Notes: generated by a model from the letters alone, not told the origin. A stretch of DNA of 64,000 nucleotides from Planctomycetota bacterium (GCA_035695825.1 DASRRH010000009.1:23044-87043), one strand, 5' to 3'; shown: positions 1-9,454, counted from the stretch's first letter. Numbers and translations: made by a program.

Positions 1-145
1 GGCATCGTGCTCGAGCGCATCCGGAATCGTCCGGGGCGAGACGCCCGAGCGAGGGATCGATGAGCGAACGCATCCGGATCGACCTCGGCGAGCTCGAGCA
101 CGCCGTACCGGCCCGGTCGACCGGCGATCCCCCAACCCCGCCGAT

Positions 146-1741
146 CTACCGCGGGGTTCCGCTCGGGAGGAACGCGATCCTGCCGTTCCGGTAGTCGAGG
201 ACGAGGCGGAAGGAGGAGAGGAACCCCAGGCCGACGTACCCGAGCGTGTACTCGTCGACGTGCGAGCCCTTCCCTGCCAGGGAGAAGCGGGTGAGCGGCT
301 CTTCGAACCGGAGGCCGCCGATCTCGAACCACTCGAGGCGACCGACGCGGACCGCGGCCTCCCCGCCGACGCCGCGCGCGACCGAGCCCGAGGTCTCGCG
401 GCTCTCGAGGAGGTGGAGCGCCCGGACGGCGGGGGCGTGGAAGGTGACGGTGCTCCTCGGGCTTCCGCTGTCGAGCCGGAACAAGCCCTCCCGGTTCCCC
501 TCGAAGCGGGCCCGAACGCAGGGCTGACCCTCGTGGAGGAGGAGTTCCTGCCATTCGCCGCCGCGCAGGACGAAGCGCCCGGGGTCGTGGAGCTCGACCG
601 CGCGCTGCGCGGCGTCGATCACGACGGCGGCCCGCGCGAAGAGGTCGTAGCCGAGGAGCCCCGCGATCTCCTCGCCGAGCGGCTCGGTCATGGAATCGAG
701 GTCGATCTCGCCGTAGAGGGGATCCCGGATCGTCAGGGGGCCGAGGGAGAGGACCTTCCCCCGCCGGATCGCGGCGTCCGCGCCTCCGCCCGCCCCGCGC
801 GCGCGGACTGGGCCGAGGACCTCCAGACGAGCCGCCTCCGCGGTCTTCCTCGAGACGATCAGCCCGCTCGCTCCGGTGTCGAGGATGAAGGACCCGCGGA
901 TCTCCCCCTCGAGGAGCGGCCGGACGAGGAGATGGCCCGTCCGCGAAGTGTGGACCGCGAGCTGGGGCGGGACGTCCGGGTCGAACGCCGCGTCCGCCGG
1001 CCGCTCCCTCGGCGGCCCGAAGGGGCGCGTCGGCGCGGCGGGCGCCGGCGCGAGCGCGTTCACCTGGAACCGCATCTCCGCCCCCTCCGGATCCGTCCGG
1101 ACCACGCGATGGGGGAAGGGGAATCCAAGCGCCGGGCGCCAGTCCTCGAGGCGGACCCTCTCCTGGTTCCCTTCCTCGCCGACGGTCATCTGCGCGGGGA
1201 GGAACGTCGAGCGGTCGATCTCGACGCGCCCGGCCGCGACGCCCCCCTTCAGGCGGAATGCAAGGGAAAGGGGGCCCGCTCCCGGGGCGGGGGAGATCGC
1301 GAGGGGGCCGTCCTCGGCGAGCCACCGGCCCGTCCAGATCCACGCGGCGAGGAGAGCGACCTCCCTCTCGCGGAGGGCGAGGGCCCTCGGCATCCCCGAG
1401 AAGTCGACGCTCCACGCGGTGGCCCCGTCGAACCCCGTGGCCAGGGAGAGGGGTCCGACGATGCGCTCGACGAACTCGCCCCCCGGCGCGAAGCGCAGGG
1501 TGAACGCGGCCTCCGTCCCGGCGAAGGAGGCCGAACCCTCGACGAGGACTCCGCCCGCCATCTCGCGGAGGGCTTCGAAGCCCGTCGCGCCGCGCACCTT
1601 GGCGAGCACCTGTTCGAGGCCCTCCCCGGAGGAGCCTTTGTCCGCGGGGGCGCAAGACGGCCCGACGGGGGGCCCGGTCGCGAGGAAGAGGAGGAGAAGG
1701 AGGAGACGGTTCCGGACGGAGCGCTCGAGTCCTCGGCTCAT
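146..1741 (-). CDS. Secreted protein with two retropepsin-like aspartic protease lobes
   Basis: 531-aa ORF. Hydrophobic N-terminal signal (RNRLLLLLLFLATG). Two aspartic-protease signatures, ILDTGASGLIV and RLDSGSPRSTV, about 135 aa apart. Balanced composition, unlike the overlapping R/P/G-rich shadow ORFs. Confidence 0.75.
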   Translation of the reverse strand: MSRGLERSVRNRLLLLLLFLATGPPVGPSCAPADKGSSGEGLEQVLAKVRGATGFEALREMAGGVLVEGSASFAGTEAAFTLRFAPGGEFVERIVGPLSLATGFDGATAWSVDFSGMPRALALREREVALLAAWIWTGRWLAEDGPLAISPAPGAGPLSLAFRLKGGVAAGRVEIDRSTFLPAQMTVGEEGNQERVRLEDWRPALGFPFPHRVVRTDPEGAEMRFQVNALAPAPAAPTRPFGPPRERPADAAFDPDVPPQLAVHTSRTGHLLVRPLLEGEIRGSFILDTGASGLIVSRKTAEAARLEVLGPVRARGAGGGADAAIRRGKVLSLGPLTIRDPLYGEIDLDSMTEPLGEEIAGLLGYDLFARAAVVIDAAQRAVELHDPGRFVLRGGEWQELLLHEGQPCVRARFEGNREGLFRLDSGSPRSTVTFHAPAVRALHLLESRETSGSVARGVGGEAAVRVGRLEWFEIGGLRFEEPLTRFSLAGKGSHVDEYTLGYVGLGFLSSFRLVLDYRNGRIAFLPSGTPR

Positions 1742-1783
1742 CGACTCCTCCCTTCCCCGCCCGTCGCGCTGCGCATCGCGGGC

Positions 1784-2887
1784 CTACTTCGGAGGCGCGG
1801 GAGCGGACGCGGGGGCGACCGCGCGGGCCGCCGGCAACTCGGAGGCGACGGAGAGCGCGAGCACGGCCGCGTAGATCGCCTGCGCGCGGCGGGCCATCAG
1901 CGACGGGTCGAGCCGCTCCGGCGTGTCCGTCGGGGCGTGGTAGTCGTCCGATTCCCCCGAGCCGAAGAAGAGCGTCGGGATCCCCGCGCGCTCGAACGCG
2001 GCGTGGTCCCCGCGATCCCTCGTCTCCTCCTCGAGGAGGGTCGAGAGGGGAGGGGGGAAGTCCTCCGGGGCGAACGCGCGCAGCCCGGCGCGGGCGCAGG
2101 CGGCCTCGACGATCCGGCGGAAGGAGGCGCGGCCCTTGGTCCCGACGACCCCGAGCGCCTTCGAGCCGTCGATCCCGAGGAGGGCCTTCGCCGCCGAGAG
2201 CGCCTTCTTGTCCGCGAGAGGCCGGCCGACCATGTCCACGTTGACCATCGCCGCGATCCTGCCGATCTCCACGGGAGGCTCGCGGACGAAGGCGCGGCTG
2301 CCGTGCATGTACGGCTCCTCGGCGCCGAAGAAGACGGCGAGGACCGACCGGCCGAGGAGGTCGGACGAGGCCTGGAGCAGCGAAGCGACCTCGAGGACAG
2401 CGGCCACGCCGGAAGCGTTGTCCTCCGCGCCGCGGTACGTCTTCCCCTCCCGGACGCCGAGGTGGTCGATGTGCGCGCCGAGGACGACGATCTCGTTGCG
2501 GAGATCCGGCGCCGCGCCCTCGACGAGCCCGAAAACGTTCCGGCTCGTCTCCCGCCGTTCCCGTCCCTCGCGAGTCTCGAGGGAGACCTGGAAGGTCCCT
2601 TCGAGGAATCGAATCGGGAGAGCGAACTCCTGGAACCGGCGACCTCCCGCCAGCGGGCGGACGCCCGCCGCGTCGAGCCGCGTCGCGATGTAGAGGGCGG
2701 CCACGCGCTCGGAAACCGATCCCGCCTCGCGGCCGAGGAGCTCTTCCGACGCGAGGAACTCGACGTGGGCCATGAGCCTGCGCGACGAGACGGGCGGCAG
2801 GGGGACCTCGGTCTCCTGACGGGGGCCCCCGGGAGGCGCGAGGCTGAGTGCGAGGAAGGGAAGGAGGATGGGTCCCCTCGGGAGCAT
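1784..2887 (-). CDS. M28 family metallo-aminopeptidase (secreted)
   Basis: Motifs VLGAHIDHLG, AEDNASGVAAVLE, FFGAEEPYMHGSRAF, NVDMVG, DDYHAPTDT. The ORF-track start at 3262 is trimmed to the ATG at 2887, which precedes the signal-like MLPRGPILLPFLALSLAPP. Confidence 0.85.
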   Translation of the reverse strand: MLPRGPILLPFLALSLAPPGGPRQETEVPLPPVSSRRLMAHVEFLASEELLGREAGSVSERVAALYIATRLDAAGVRPLAGGRRFQEFALPIRFLEGTFQVSLETREGRERRETSRNVFGLVEGAAPDLRNEIVVLGAHIDHLGVREGKTYRGAEDNASGVAAVLEVASLLQASSDLLGRSVLAVFFGAEEPYMHGSRAFVREPPVEIGRIAAMVNVDMVGRPLADKKALSAAKALLGIDGSKALGVVGTKGRASFRRIVEAACARAGLRAFAPEDFPPPLSTLLEEETRDRGDHAAFERAGIPTLFFGSGESDDYHAPTDTPERLDPSLMARRAQAIYAAVLALSVASELPAARAVAPASAPAPPK

Positions 2888-3213
2888 GGGAGAGAGATGC
2901 CTCACGTCGCTTCGGCTCTCAAACCGCGAGCCCGGGACGAAGCCGAGAGAGGCGGGACCTCGGCGCCAGGCGGACCCTCCGTCTCGGCTCCCGTCGCGAG
3001 CCTGAAGCGGAGACCGTCCTACGGCGGGCCTCCCGTCCGTCAAGCGGCGCGGACCCCGCGCGGAGTCCTCGCCGACCCGACCTCGCGCGTCGTTCCTCCG
3101 GAGCCGCGGCTCGGGCGCCATCCCGCGACCGCCGCGGTCCACCCCGCCTCCCTGGATCCGCGAGGGGGAGGCGGTCAGACTCGGGGTCCGGCGAGGCGAA
3201 TCGAGTGAGCCGC

Positions 3214-4902
3214 ATGCCGTCCGTCCGCCCCGAATGCGGGCCGAGCCGCGCCCGCCGGGCAAAGATCGTGGTCCTCCTCGCCGGGCTCGCCGTCGCGGGG
3301 GCCTACCTGGGGGCCCGATTCGCGGCCCGGAGAGAGCCGCCTCGCTCCGTCGTCCCCCTCGAGTCCCTCGGCCGGGCGCTCCTGCGGCCGCTCGACCGCG
3401 GGCCCGACGCGAGGTTTCGGGCCGGGCTGCCGCCGGTCGCCGCGCGTTCCTCGGCGTTCGAGGCCCGGGCGCCCCTCGTCATGGCCGCGGAGGGGATCCG
3501 GAGGCTCCACGAGGCCCTGGCCGACCCGACCGACGTCGCCGCCTTCCTCGACGCGCAGGAGCGGCTCCTCTGGATCGGGATGGGGGGCGGGGTGGAGGAG
3601 GCCGCGCGCGCCGTGCTCGCGCACGTGCCCGACCACCCGCGCGCGCTCGGGCTCCTCGCGGCGTTCCACTACGAGGCGGGGCTCCGCGACGGGATCCTCC
3701 CCCTGGCCGAGGCGGCGCTCCGGGGGAACCCGGACGAGACCCTCGCCCTCGTCTACCGCGGGGTTCGCCGCGCGGACGCCGGGGACTTCGAGGGCGCGCT
3801 CGGCGACCTGCGCCGCGCCGCCGCGGCCGCTCCCGAGAGGCCCGAGCCCGCGCACTTCCTGGGCATCCTCCTCTTCGGCCGGTGCCGCTTCGCGGAGGCG
3901 GCCACTCCCCTCGCGAAGGTCCCGGCCCACGAGGCGAGCCTCGAGGGGCGCGTCCCCTTCGTCCGCCTCGCCTTCGCCTACCGCGACCTCTTCGAAGGGC
4001 GGGAGCCCTTCGCCCACCCCGCGGGCTTCGAGCCGGTCGAGGTCCCGATCGAGAAGAAGCCCGACCTCCCCTGCGTCCCCGTCCGCCTGAACGGGAAGCG
4101 GGCGGGCTGGATGGTCCTCGACACCGGCTCGCACATGGTCCGCCTCCCGCGCCGGCACTCCTCCCTCGCTGCGGTCCGGGAGGACGCGGCGGTCGAGACG
4201 GGCGGGGCCGACTCCTCGAGCCCGGTCGAGATCCCCGGCCGGCTCGACTCGCTCGAGGTCGGGGCGCTGCGGGTTCGGGACGTTCCCGTCCTCGTCGAAG
4301 CCGAGGAGCACGAGCCCCCCGGGGAAGGGGTGCTCGGATCGATCGGGACGGCCTTCCTCTCCCGGTTCGCGCCGACGATCGATTTCCTCGGCGGGAGGTT
4401 CCGACTCGCGCCGGCGGGGAGCGGCGGGCACATCGCGGTCACGACGAGCGGGGGCGACGCGGACATCCGGATGGGGGCGATCCCCTTCCTCCGCGTCGGG
4501 AACTCGATCCACGTCCGGATCGGGATCGGCGAGGCGAGGGTGGCGGAGTTCCTCCTCGATACCGGGGCTTCGGGGATCACGCTCGACCGGGCGCTCCTCC
4601 GCGACCTCTTCGGCGTGGCGGAGGGGGACCCGCGGGCGACCCCGGTGACGGGGAGGGGGGTCGCGGGACGGCCTTTCCGGACCTTCCAGTTTCCGCTGCC
4701 CGTCCCCCTTGTCTTCGGCCGGACGCCGGTCCACGGGCTCTCCGTCTTCGCCGAGGACAAGACCGGGGGGAACCTGATCGACCGCACTCGGCTCGCGGGG
4801 ACGCTCGGGCTCCCGCTCCTCGCGGCGACCTCGCTCTCGTTCGACTTCGAGCGCCAGGAGATCCAGTACGCCCTGCGGGGGACGCCCGTGGGGCCGAAGT
4901 GA
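3214..4902 (+). CDS. Membrane-anchored TPR-like protein with two retropepsin-like aspartic protease lobes
   Basis: ATG at 3214 followed by a TM anchor (KIVVLLAGLAVAGAYLG). TPR-like helical region. VLDTGSHMVRL and LLDTGASGITL about 145 aa apart. Divergent from the M28 gene. Confidence 0.75.
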   Translation: MPSVRPECGPSRARRAKIVVLLAGLAVAGAYLGARFAARREPPRSVVPLESLGRALLRPLDRGPDARFRAGLPPVAARSSAFEARAPLVMAAEGIRRLHEALADPTDVAAFLDAQERLLWIGMGGGVEEAARAVLAHVPDHPRALGLLAAFHYEAGLRDGILPLAEAALRGNPDETLALVYRGVRRADAGDFEGALGDLRRAAAAAPERPEPAHFLGILLFGRCRFAEAATPLAKVPAHEASLEGRVPFVRLAFAYRDLFEGREPFAHPAGFEPVEVPIEKKPDLPCVPVRLNGKRAGWMVLDTGSHMVRLPRRHSSLAAVREDAAVETGGADSSSPVEIPGRLDSLEVGALRVRDVPVLVEAEEHEPPGEGVLGSIGTAFLSRFAPTIDFLGGRFRLAPAGSGGHIAVTTSGGDADIRMGAIPFLRVGNSIHVRIGIGEARVAEFLLDTGASGITLDRALLRDLFGVAEGDPRATPVTGRGVAGRPFRTFQFPLPVPLVFGRTPVHGLSVFAEDKTGGNLIDRTRLAGTLGLPLLAATSLSFDFERQEIQYALRGTPVGPK

Positions 4903-5294
4903 GGCGTCGGCGGCCGAGTCGTTCTTCCGTCGGTTCGACGAGTCCGCAGGGATCGGAAGGATCCGCAACTTCCCGGCGAGGTCGGGTCGCCGTCCGTGAG
5001 GGGGACGACGACGCGGAGGGGGAGGGTTCGGACGGCTCTTCCGGAGCTCGCACTTCGAGATCTCCGCCTTCGTGATCGTGCCGGAGAGGCGATCGGCCGT
5101 CTCCTCGAGCGTGAGCCCGGAGGAGCGCCGGGTCCTTCGCATGCGGGCGCCGACGGTGATTCCATGGCCGTTGAAGACGGTTCGCCGAGGGCCGAAGGTC
5201 GTCGACGTCGACGGACCCGGGTCGAAACTCGGGTTTCGCAAACGAAGAGCGCAGCAGGAGTCCCCTTCAAGGGCGGTCTTGACGTCGGCCGAAG

Positions 5295-5316
5295 TTGTTG
5301 TCACTACATACAACAA
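5295..5316. promoter_or_regulatory. AT-rich perfect inverted repeat, candidate operator just upstream of the XRE gene
   Basis: TTGTTGT-N8-ACAACAA (5295-5301 / 5310-5316), with interlocking GTCAC (5300-5304) / GTGAC (5318-5322). It is a locally AT-rich island in a GC-rich genome, 11 nt before the ATG at 5327. Confidence 0.4.
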
Positions 5317-5326
5317 GGTGACGGCG

Positions 5327-5713
5327 ATGAAGAGCGTGGAGAGCGTCTCTCGGACCTTCGGCGACGCGCTGCGGAAGGCGCGGGCCGCGCGGATGCTCGG
5401 CCTGCGCGAGTTCTGCCGGCGGGGGGGCCTGGACCCCGCGCTCGTGAGCCGGGTCGAGCGGGGTCTCGCGCCGCCCCCGGGGGATCGGGTCGATCTCCGC
5501 CGGTTCGCTCGGGGGCTCGGGCTCTCCGTCCACAGCCCCGAGTGGAAGCGTCTCGCGGACCTCGCCGCCCTCTCCCGGGGCGAGGTGCCGAGGGACCTCC
5601 TCCGGAACGAGGAGGTCGCGGGGAGGCTCCCGGTGCTCTTCCGGGCCCTGCGGGACGTGAAGAGCGACCGAAAGCTGCTCGATCGGCTCCTCCGGATCGT
5701 CCGAGAGGCCTGA
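5327..5713 (+). CDS. XRE-family helix-turn-helix transcriptional regulator
   Basis: MKSVESVSRTFGDALRKARAARMLGLREFCRRGGLDPALVSRVERGLAPPP is a typical HTH_XRE signature. I used the ATG at 5327 rather than the GTG at 5072 in the track. Confidence 0.8.
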   Translation: MKSVESVSRTFGDALRKARAARMLGLREFCRRGGLDPALVSRVERGLAPPPGDRVDLRRFARGLGLSVHSPEWKRLADLAALSRGEVPRDLLRNEEVAGRLPVLFRALRDVKSDRKLLDRLLRIVREA

Positions 5714-6199
5714 CCGAGGGAAGCGATGGGGGAAATGGGGGAGATTCCGTTTCTCGACTATCGCAGGACCGAGACGGCCGCGGAGAAGGTTCGGGTCAGC
5801 CGGGAATTCCGTGGGTGACCCCGCCTGAAGGGCTCACCCCACGGGCGACCCACGATGGCCGGTGGGACGACCCACATGGGTCGGTTTCGTGAGGTGCGCC
5901 GATCCGATGCCCATCCGGCTCAAGCTATTCCTTCACCTAGAGGCCGCGGCCCTCACCGCGACGGGGGCCCCTGCGGACGGGCGGGGCCTACCCCGGGCGA
6001 CCCACGCGGAACTCCGAACAACCGTTCATGGCCGTGGCGGGGATCTGGCCGAAGGTGAGGGTCTGCATGCGAGGCCCCCCGGAAACTCGACAGCGGAGCA
6101 AGCGCGGCGATCCCGAGCATCGGGTCGGCAGGAACGATGGGGGTGCTCCGAGGCCGGAGGGCACGAAGAAACCCCGGACGGTCCGGGGAATCCAACGGC

Positions 6200-6895
6200 A
6201 TGAGGCGCCGCGTCGCTCGCTCGAACACGACCCCATCTGGACCGGAGAAGCCCGTGCGGATCGCCGAGATCTGGCGCTACCCCGTGAAGTCGATGGCCGG
6301 GGAACGGCTCGACTCGGTCCTCCTTCACCCGGACGGCGTCGAGGGGGACCGGGTCGTCCACGTCCGCGGCGGCGACGGCCGCGTCGTCACGGCTCGCCGG
6401 AGGCCGAGACTTCTCGGCCACCGCGCCGTCCTCGGTTCAGACGGCGAGCCGCTGGTCGACGGGCGGCCCTGGAACACCCCCGACGTCGCCCGCGACGTCG
6501 AGCTCGCCGCCGGGCCCGGGGCGCGCCTCTTCCGCCACGACGGGCTCGAACGGTTCGACGTCCTCCCCCTCCTCGTCGCCACGGACGGCGGGGTCGCCGC
6601 ATTCGGGCACGACCGCAGGCGGCTGCGCCCGAACGTCCTCGTCGGCGGCGTCGAGGGAATCGCGGAGCGGAGCTGGGAGGGGAAGCGGCTCCGCATGGGG
6701 GAGTGCCTGATCCAGCTCGAAAACCTTCGCGAGCGATGCGTGATGACGACCGTCGACCCCGACACGCTCGAGCGAGATTCAGGGGTTCTGCGCCGGATCG
6801 TCCAGGAGTTCGGCGGGCGGATGGCGCTCGACGCCCGGGTGGTGCGCGGCGGCCCGCTCCGCGTCGGAGACGAGGTCGAGCTCCTCGGCGGCTGA
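6200..6895 (+). CDS. MOSC domain-containing protein
   Basis: IWRYPVKSMAGE (MOSC N-terminal beta-barrel signature), LRPNVLV, RCVMTTVDPDT. The start is uncertain (ATG 6200 or GTG 6254). Confidence 0.8.
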   Translation: MRRRVARSNTTPSGPEKPVRIAEIWRYPVKSMAGERLDSVLLHPDGVEGDRVVHVRGGDGRVVTARRRPRLLGHRAVLGSDGEPLVDGRPWNTPDVARDVELAAGPGARLFRHDGLERFDVLPLLVATDGGVAAFGHDRRRLRPNVLVGGVEGIAERSWEGKRLRMGECLIQLENLRERCVMTTVDPDTLERDSGVLRRIVQEFGGRMALDARVVRGGPLRVGDEVELLGG

Positions 6896-7347
6896 CGCGG
6901 TCGGCTCCTGCCGTGAAAAGCTCCGGCCCACGCCCGGCGCCCGAGCGTCCCGTCTGTCCCGCGCTCGGCGCCGAACGCATGCGCCTCCTCGGGCGGATTC
7001 CCCACCGGCCCGATCCTCCCGAGCCGCGCCCCTCGCCTCCGGGTGCCCGCCGCGCCCATCGTCGATCGCCGACGACCGTTCCACCATGGACCTGGAGTGC
7101 GCGACGGAGCGCCTTCGCCCGGTCTGCATCGAGGAGGGGAATCGGCGTCCCCTCTCCCAGCGGGAGCCGGGGGTCCGAACGACGCCCTTCGGATCGCCCC
7201 GATCGTCCCGCCCGCCTGGAAAACGTCGGGATGCGGCCGATCATGGACCTCAACCGACCGTCGCCGGCAGGCGGATGCGCCGAGAGGACCAGCAAGCGCG
7301 GCCGGAAGGAACGGATGGCCGAACGAGTCGGAGAAACCGGGCGGAGG

Positions 7348-7638
7348 ATGGTCCCCATGAAGGCAATCTGGCGCGGTCGCGTGATCGCGGAGAGCGATCG
7401 AACCCTCGAAGTGGACGGTTACCGGTACTTCCCGCGGGAGAGCGTCCGCATGGACCTGCTCCGGCCGGCGCCGAAGACGCCAAGCGATCTCGAGTGCCCC
7501 CACGGCGTCCAGTTCTACGACGTCGCGGACGACGCCGGACGCAGCGAGAGGGCGGCGTGGTCGTACGAGGCGCCGCGCGGGTCGATGACGCAGGTCGATC
7601 GCTGGATCGGTTTCTGGGAGGACGTCGCGATCGCGTGA
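7348..7638 (+). CDS. DUF427 domain protein
   Basis: MKAIWRGRVIAESDRTLEVDGYRYFPRESV ... AAWSYEAP ... IGFWEDV matches the DUF427 pattern. It is only the 3' end of the long track ORF 6028..7638. The start is ATG 7348 or 7357. Confidence 0.8.
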   Translation: MVPMKAIWRGRVIAESDRTLEVDGYRYFPRESVRMDLLRPAPKTPSDLECPHGVQFYDVADDAGRSERAAWSYEAPRGSMTQVDRWIGFWEDVAIA

Positions 7639-7828
7639 GACCCCGTCCTGGGGCTCGGGGCGTTCACGAATCGTCTCCCGGCGGAAGCCGGAGGGGCGAT
7701 CCCTCGAGCGACGCCCGCTCGAGCGCGCCCGGTGTAGGATGCTCCCCCGCCCGGGCCGAGCGCCGCGCGTGGGGGCGACCCGGGGGCCTTCGGACGTCCC
7801 ACGCCGACGAGATCCAAGGAGAGACGCG

Positions 7829-8302
7829 ATGGAGATGCCCAAGCCCGGTCCCGGACACAAGAAGCTCGAGTCGCTCGCGGGGAACTGGACCGGGGAGGAG
7901 AAGATGCACCCCTCCCCCTGGGAGCCGAAGGGAGGCGCGGCCACCGCCGCGATGACGAACCGCGTCGCCTGCGACGGGTTCTGGGTGGTCGGGGACTACG
8001 AGCAGCGGCGCGGCCCGGCCGTCACCTTCCGCGGACACGCGGTGTTCGGGTACGATGCGCAGAACGACGAGGTCGTCCTGCACTGGTTCGACCCGACGGG
8101 GATGGGCGCGGACCTGTTCCGCGGCAAGTTCGAGGGCCCCAGGCTGACGCTCACCTGCAAGAACGCGATGGGGACCCACCGGCTCGCGTACGACCTGAGC
8201 GAGGGGGGGACGCTCCGCTCGAGGATGGAGTCGTCCCAGGACGGGAAGAAGTGGACCCCGGTTTTCGACGGCGTCTACCACAAGAGTGGCACGAAGCCGT
8301 AG
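7829..8302 (+). CDS. DUF1579-like small protein
   Basis: ATG at 7829 preceded by AAGGAGAG. HKKLESLAGNWTGEEKM ... FRGHAVFGYD pattern. Confidence 0.7.
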   Translation: MEMPKPGPGHKKLESLAGNWTGEEKMHPSPWEPKGGAATAAMTNRVACDGFWVVGDYEQRRGPAVTFRGHAVFGYDAQNDEVVLHWFDPTGMGADLFRGKFEGPRLTLTCKNAMGTHRLAYDLSEGGTLRSRMESSQDGKKWTPVFDGVYHKSGTKP

Positions 8303-8852
8303 CTGGCGAGAGACCCGAGCCGAACATGTGCGCCTCCTCAAGGAACGCACGGGCGAGGGGGTCGAAACGTGGAACCGGCGGATCCGGAGGGCGCGCTTGT
8401 CGAGCCCGGAGGCCCTGCGGGCATGGCTCACCGAGCGCGGCGTCACGGGCTACGCGCAATCCCTCCTCGTGATGGAGCGGTTCGGGTACCCGGACTTCCT
8501 CCTCGCATCGGCCGAGGAGCTGATCGACGGGCAGTACACGGACCGGCTCCGGATGCGGCCCATCCTGGATGCCATCGTGAGCGCTGCCGGGATGTTGGGC
8601 GAGGTGACCGTCCAGGCGCGGAAGACGTACGTGTCGCTCGTGTCCCCTCGCCGGACGTTCGCCCGGGTCCAGGCGGTCACGAGGGACCGTGTCGAGCTGG
8701 CCCTTCGCCTGGAGGGGGTCGAGCCCAAGGGCCGGCTCAAGCCGTCGCGCATTCACGAGGGGATGCCCGTCGCGATCCCGCTCGCCTCCGCGAAGGAGTT
8801 CGACTCCGAGGCGCGAGATTGGCTGCGACGCGCGTACGCGGAGAACGGATAG
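8286..8852 (+). CDS. DUF4287/DUF5655-type protein
   Basis: N-terminal LKERTGEGVETW...LRAWL and C-terminal VQARKTYVSLVS...RVELALRL...EFDSEARDWLRRAYAEN. The start is uncertain (GTG 8286 overlapping the upstream stop, or GTG 8328). Confidence 0.65.
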   Translation: MARSRSWRETRAEHVRLLKERTGEGVETWNRRIRRARLSSPEALRAWLTERGVTGYAQSLLVMERFGYPDFLLASAEELIDGQYTDRLRMRPILDAIVSAAGMLGEVTVQARKTYVSLVSPRRTFARVQAVTRDRVELALRLEGVEPKGRLKPSRIHEGMPVAIPLASAKEFDSEARDWLRRAYAENG

Positions 8853-8968
8853 AGGAGCGCGTCCGCGCCTGGTCCTCTCGAGGTCCCTCCGGCCCGGCCG
8901 CTCGTCGCTTCGTGAAGGATCCGGGCCACGAGCCCGGCTCCCCCCAACCACCCCCGAAAGGAACGCCC

Positions 8969-9454
8969 ATGTCGAGGAAACAGAAGATCGCGACGTGCCT
9001 CTGGTTCGACGACAACGCGGAGGAGGCGATGAACTTCTACGTCTCCACCTTCAAGAACTCGAAGATCCTGAAGCTCGTGCGCTACGGGGAGGGGGGGCCG
9101 GGACCGAAGGGGACGGTCATGGTCGGCACCTTCCAACTCGAGGGCCAGGAGTTCATGGCGTTGAACGGCGGCCCACAGTTCAAGTTCACGGAAGCCGTCT
9201 CGCTGCTCGTGACCTGCGAGACGCAGGAAGAGCTGGACGACTTGTGGAAGAGGCTGACCGCCGGGGGCGGCGCGCCGTCGCAGTGCGGTTGGCTGAAGGA
9301 CAGGTTCGGGCTGTCCTGGCAGATCGTCCCCTCCGCATTGCTCGAGATGGTGGAGGGAAAGGATGGCGAGATGCCGAAGCGGGCGATGGACGCGATCCTC
9401 GGGATGACCAAGATCGACATCGAGGCGCTGAGGCGATCGTATGCCGGACGGTAG
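8969..9454 (+). CDS. PhnB/VOC-like protein (3-demethylubiquinone-9 3-methyltransferase-like fold)
   Basis: KIATCLWFDDNAEEAMNFYVSTFKNSKI ... FMALNGGPQFKFTEAVSL ... CGWLKDRFGLSWQIVP. RBS GAAAGGAA precedes the ATG at 8969. Confidence 0.8.
   Translation: MSRKQKIATCLWFDDNAEEAMNFYVSTFKNSKILKLVRYGEGGPGPKGTVMVGTFQLEGQEFMALNGGPQFKFTEAVSLLVTCETQEELDDLWKRLTAGGGAPSQCGWLKDRFGLSWQIVPSALLEMVEGKDGEMPKRAMDAILGMTKIDIEALRRSYAGR

Noticed and set aside
60-197. Small plus-strand ORF at the left edge (MSERIRIDLGELEHAVPARS...) and a possible gene end at 1-63.
   Set aside because: Too short, with no motif, and it overlaps the 3' end of the 146..1741 gene. Neither can be supported.
260-3208. 982-aa plus-strand ORF (and 876..1874, 2136..2693) overlapping the protease and M28 genes.
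   Set aside because: Extreme R/E/G/P/D composition, no motifs, and antisense to two ORFs with clear catalytic signatures. This is a typical shadow ORF of a high-GC genome.
3175-5316. 713-aa minus-strand ORF (with 3234..5075, 3978..5270, 4577..5053).
   Set aside because: It is antisense garbage across the 3214..4902 gene. Only its first about 100 codons (the HTH-like segment) look protein-like, and those are reported as a separate finding.
5820-6130. Repeated GGGCGACCCACG (5854 and 5996) and local hairpins, which suggested a structured ncRNA (RNase P, tmRNA or 6S).
   Set aside because: None of the universal motifs of those RNAs is present (for example GGAAAGTCCGGGC of RNase P, or the tmRNA 5'/3' tRNA-like ends). 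The region is better explained as pseudogene debris.
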